A DNA stretch of 64,000 nt, from NCBI RefSeq assembly GCF_902459465.1, contig NC_047075.1, positions 6,138,001-6,202,000 of the forward strand, written 5' to 3'. The notes beneath the pieces are model-generated. The model ran no database searches, was not told the DNA's origin, and saw only the letters and a list, made by a program, of their open reading frames with translations. Every line of letters starts with the position of its first letter. The stretch's first letter is position 1. Shown here one piece after another: positions 63,291 to 64,000 of this stretch. The translations under genes were made by a program, and so were the position numbers. This stretch comes from Asterias rubens (taxonomy: Eukaryota).

Positions 63291-64000
63291 CGAATTACCC
63301 TGCATGGTGAATCGCCAAACTAACCCGAATTACCCTGCATGGTGAATCACCAAACTAACCCGAATTACCCTGCATGGTGAATCACCAAACTAACCCGAAT
63401 TACCCTGCATGGTGAATCACCAAACTAACTCGAATTACCCTGCATGGTGAATCACCAAACTAACCCGAATTACCCTGCATGGTGAATCACCAAACTAACC
63501 CGAATTACCCTGCATGGTGAATCACCAAACTAACCCGAATTACCCTGCATGGTGAATCACCAAACTAACCCGAATTACCCTGCATGGTGAATCACCAAAC
63601 TAACCCGAATTACCCTGCATGGTGAATCACCAAACTAACCCGAATTACCCTGCATGGTGAATCACCAAACTAACCCGAATTACCCTGCATGGTGAATCAC
63701 CAAACTAACCCGAATTACCCTGCATGGTGAATCACCAAACTAACCCGAATTACCCTGCATGGTGAATCGACAAACTAACCCGAATTACCCTGCATGGTGA
63801 ATCGCCAAACTAACCCGAATTACCCTGCATGGTGAATCGCCAAACTAACCCGAATTACCCTGCATGGTGAATCGACAAACTAACCCGAATTACCCTGCAT
63901 GGTGAATCACCAAACTAACCCGAATTACCCTGCATGGTGAATCACCAAACTAACCCGAATTACCCTGCATGGTGAATCACCAAACTAACCCGAATTACCC
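63291..64000. repeat. 35-bp tandem satellite, >=20 copies, continues past the window end
   Basis: Unit CGAATTACCCTGCATGGTGAATCACCAAACTAACC with TCACC/TCGCC/TCGAC variants; no spacers. Confidence 0.97.

Noticed and set aside
63291-64000. CRISPR array interpretation of the 35-bp palindromic repeat
   Set aside because: Repeat length fits, but there are no spacers; it is a pure tandem satellite

Overview
AT-rich, intron-containing animal genomic DNA. The TTAA-flanked MITE families are consistent with an echinoderm such as a sea star, but this is an inference. No prokaryotic features, CRISPR arrays, rRNA or tRNA genes are supportable. Main contents: (1) a minus-strand multi-exon gene or pseudogene whose exons at 9411-3613 splice into one frame broken only by two in-frame TGA codons; (2) a 29-copy 59-bp satellite (7204-8922); (3) a head-to-tail triplication of a ~9.0-9.6 kb unit (10763-38503). 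Each unit carries a 36-bp minisatellite, two Penelope-like remnants, a Ty3/Gypsy RNase H remnant, a 104-bp VNTR (4/6/1 copies), an RTE LINE tail and an exon of the minus-strand gene; (4) a ~10 kb Mutator (MULE) element with 49-bp inverted repeats and a spliced, frameshifted DDE transposase; (5) a degenerate P2X7-ballast-like (KolX-like) gene behind a TTAA/Kolobok-like end; (6) many MITEs and foldback elements; (7) a 35-bp satellite running off the right edge. The most unusual pattern is a recurring Penelope architecture: inverted arm, telomere-like linker, forward arm. All calls come from manual reading and translation; no database searches were run.
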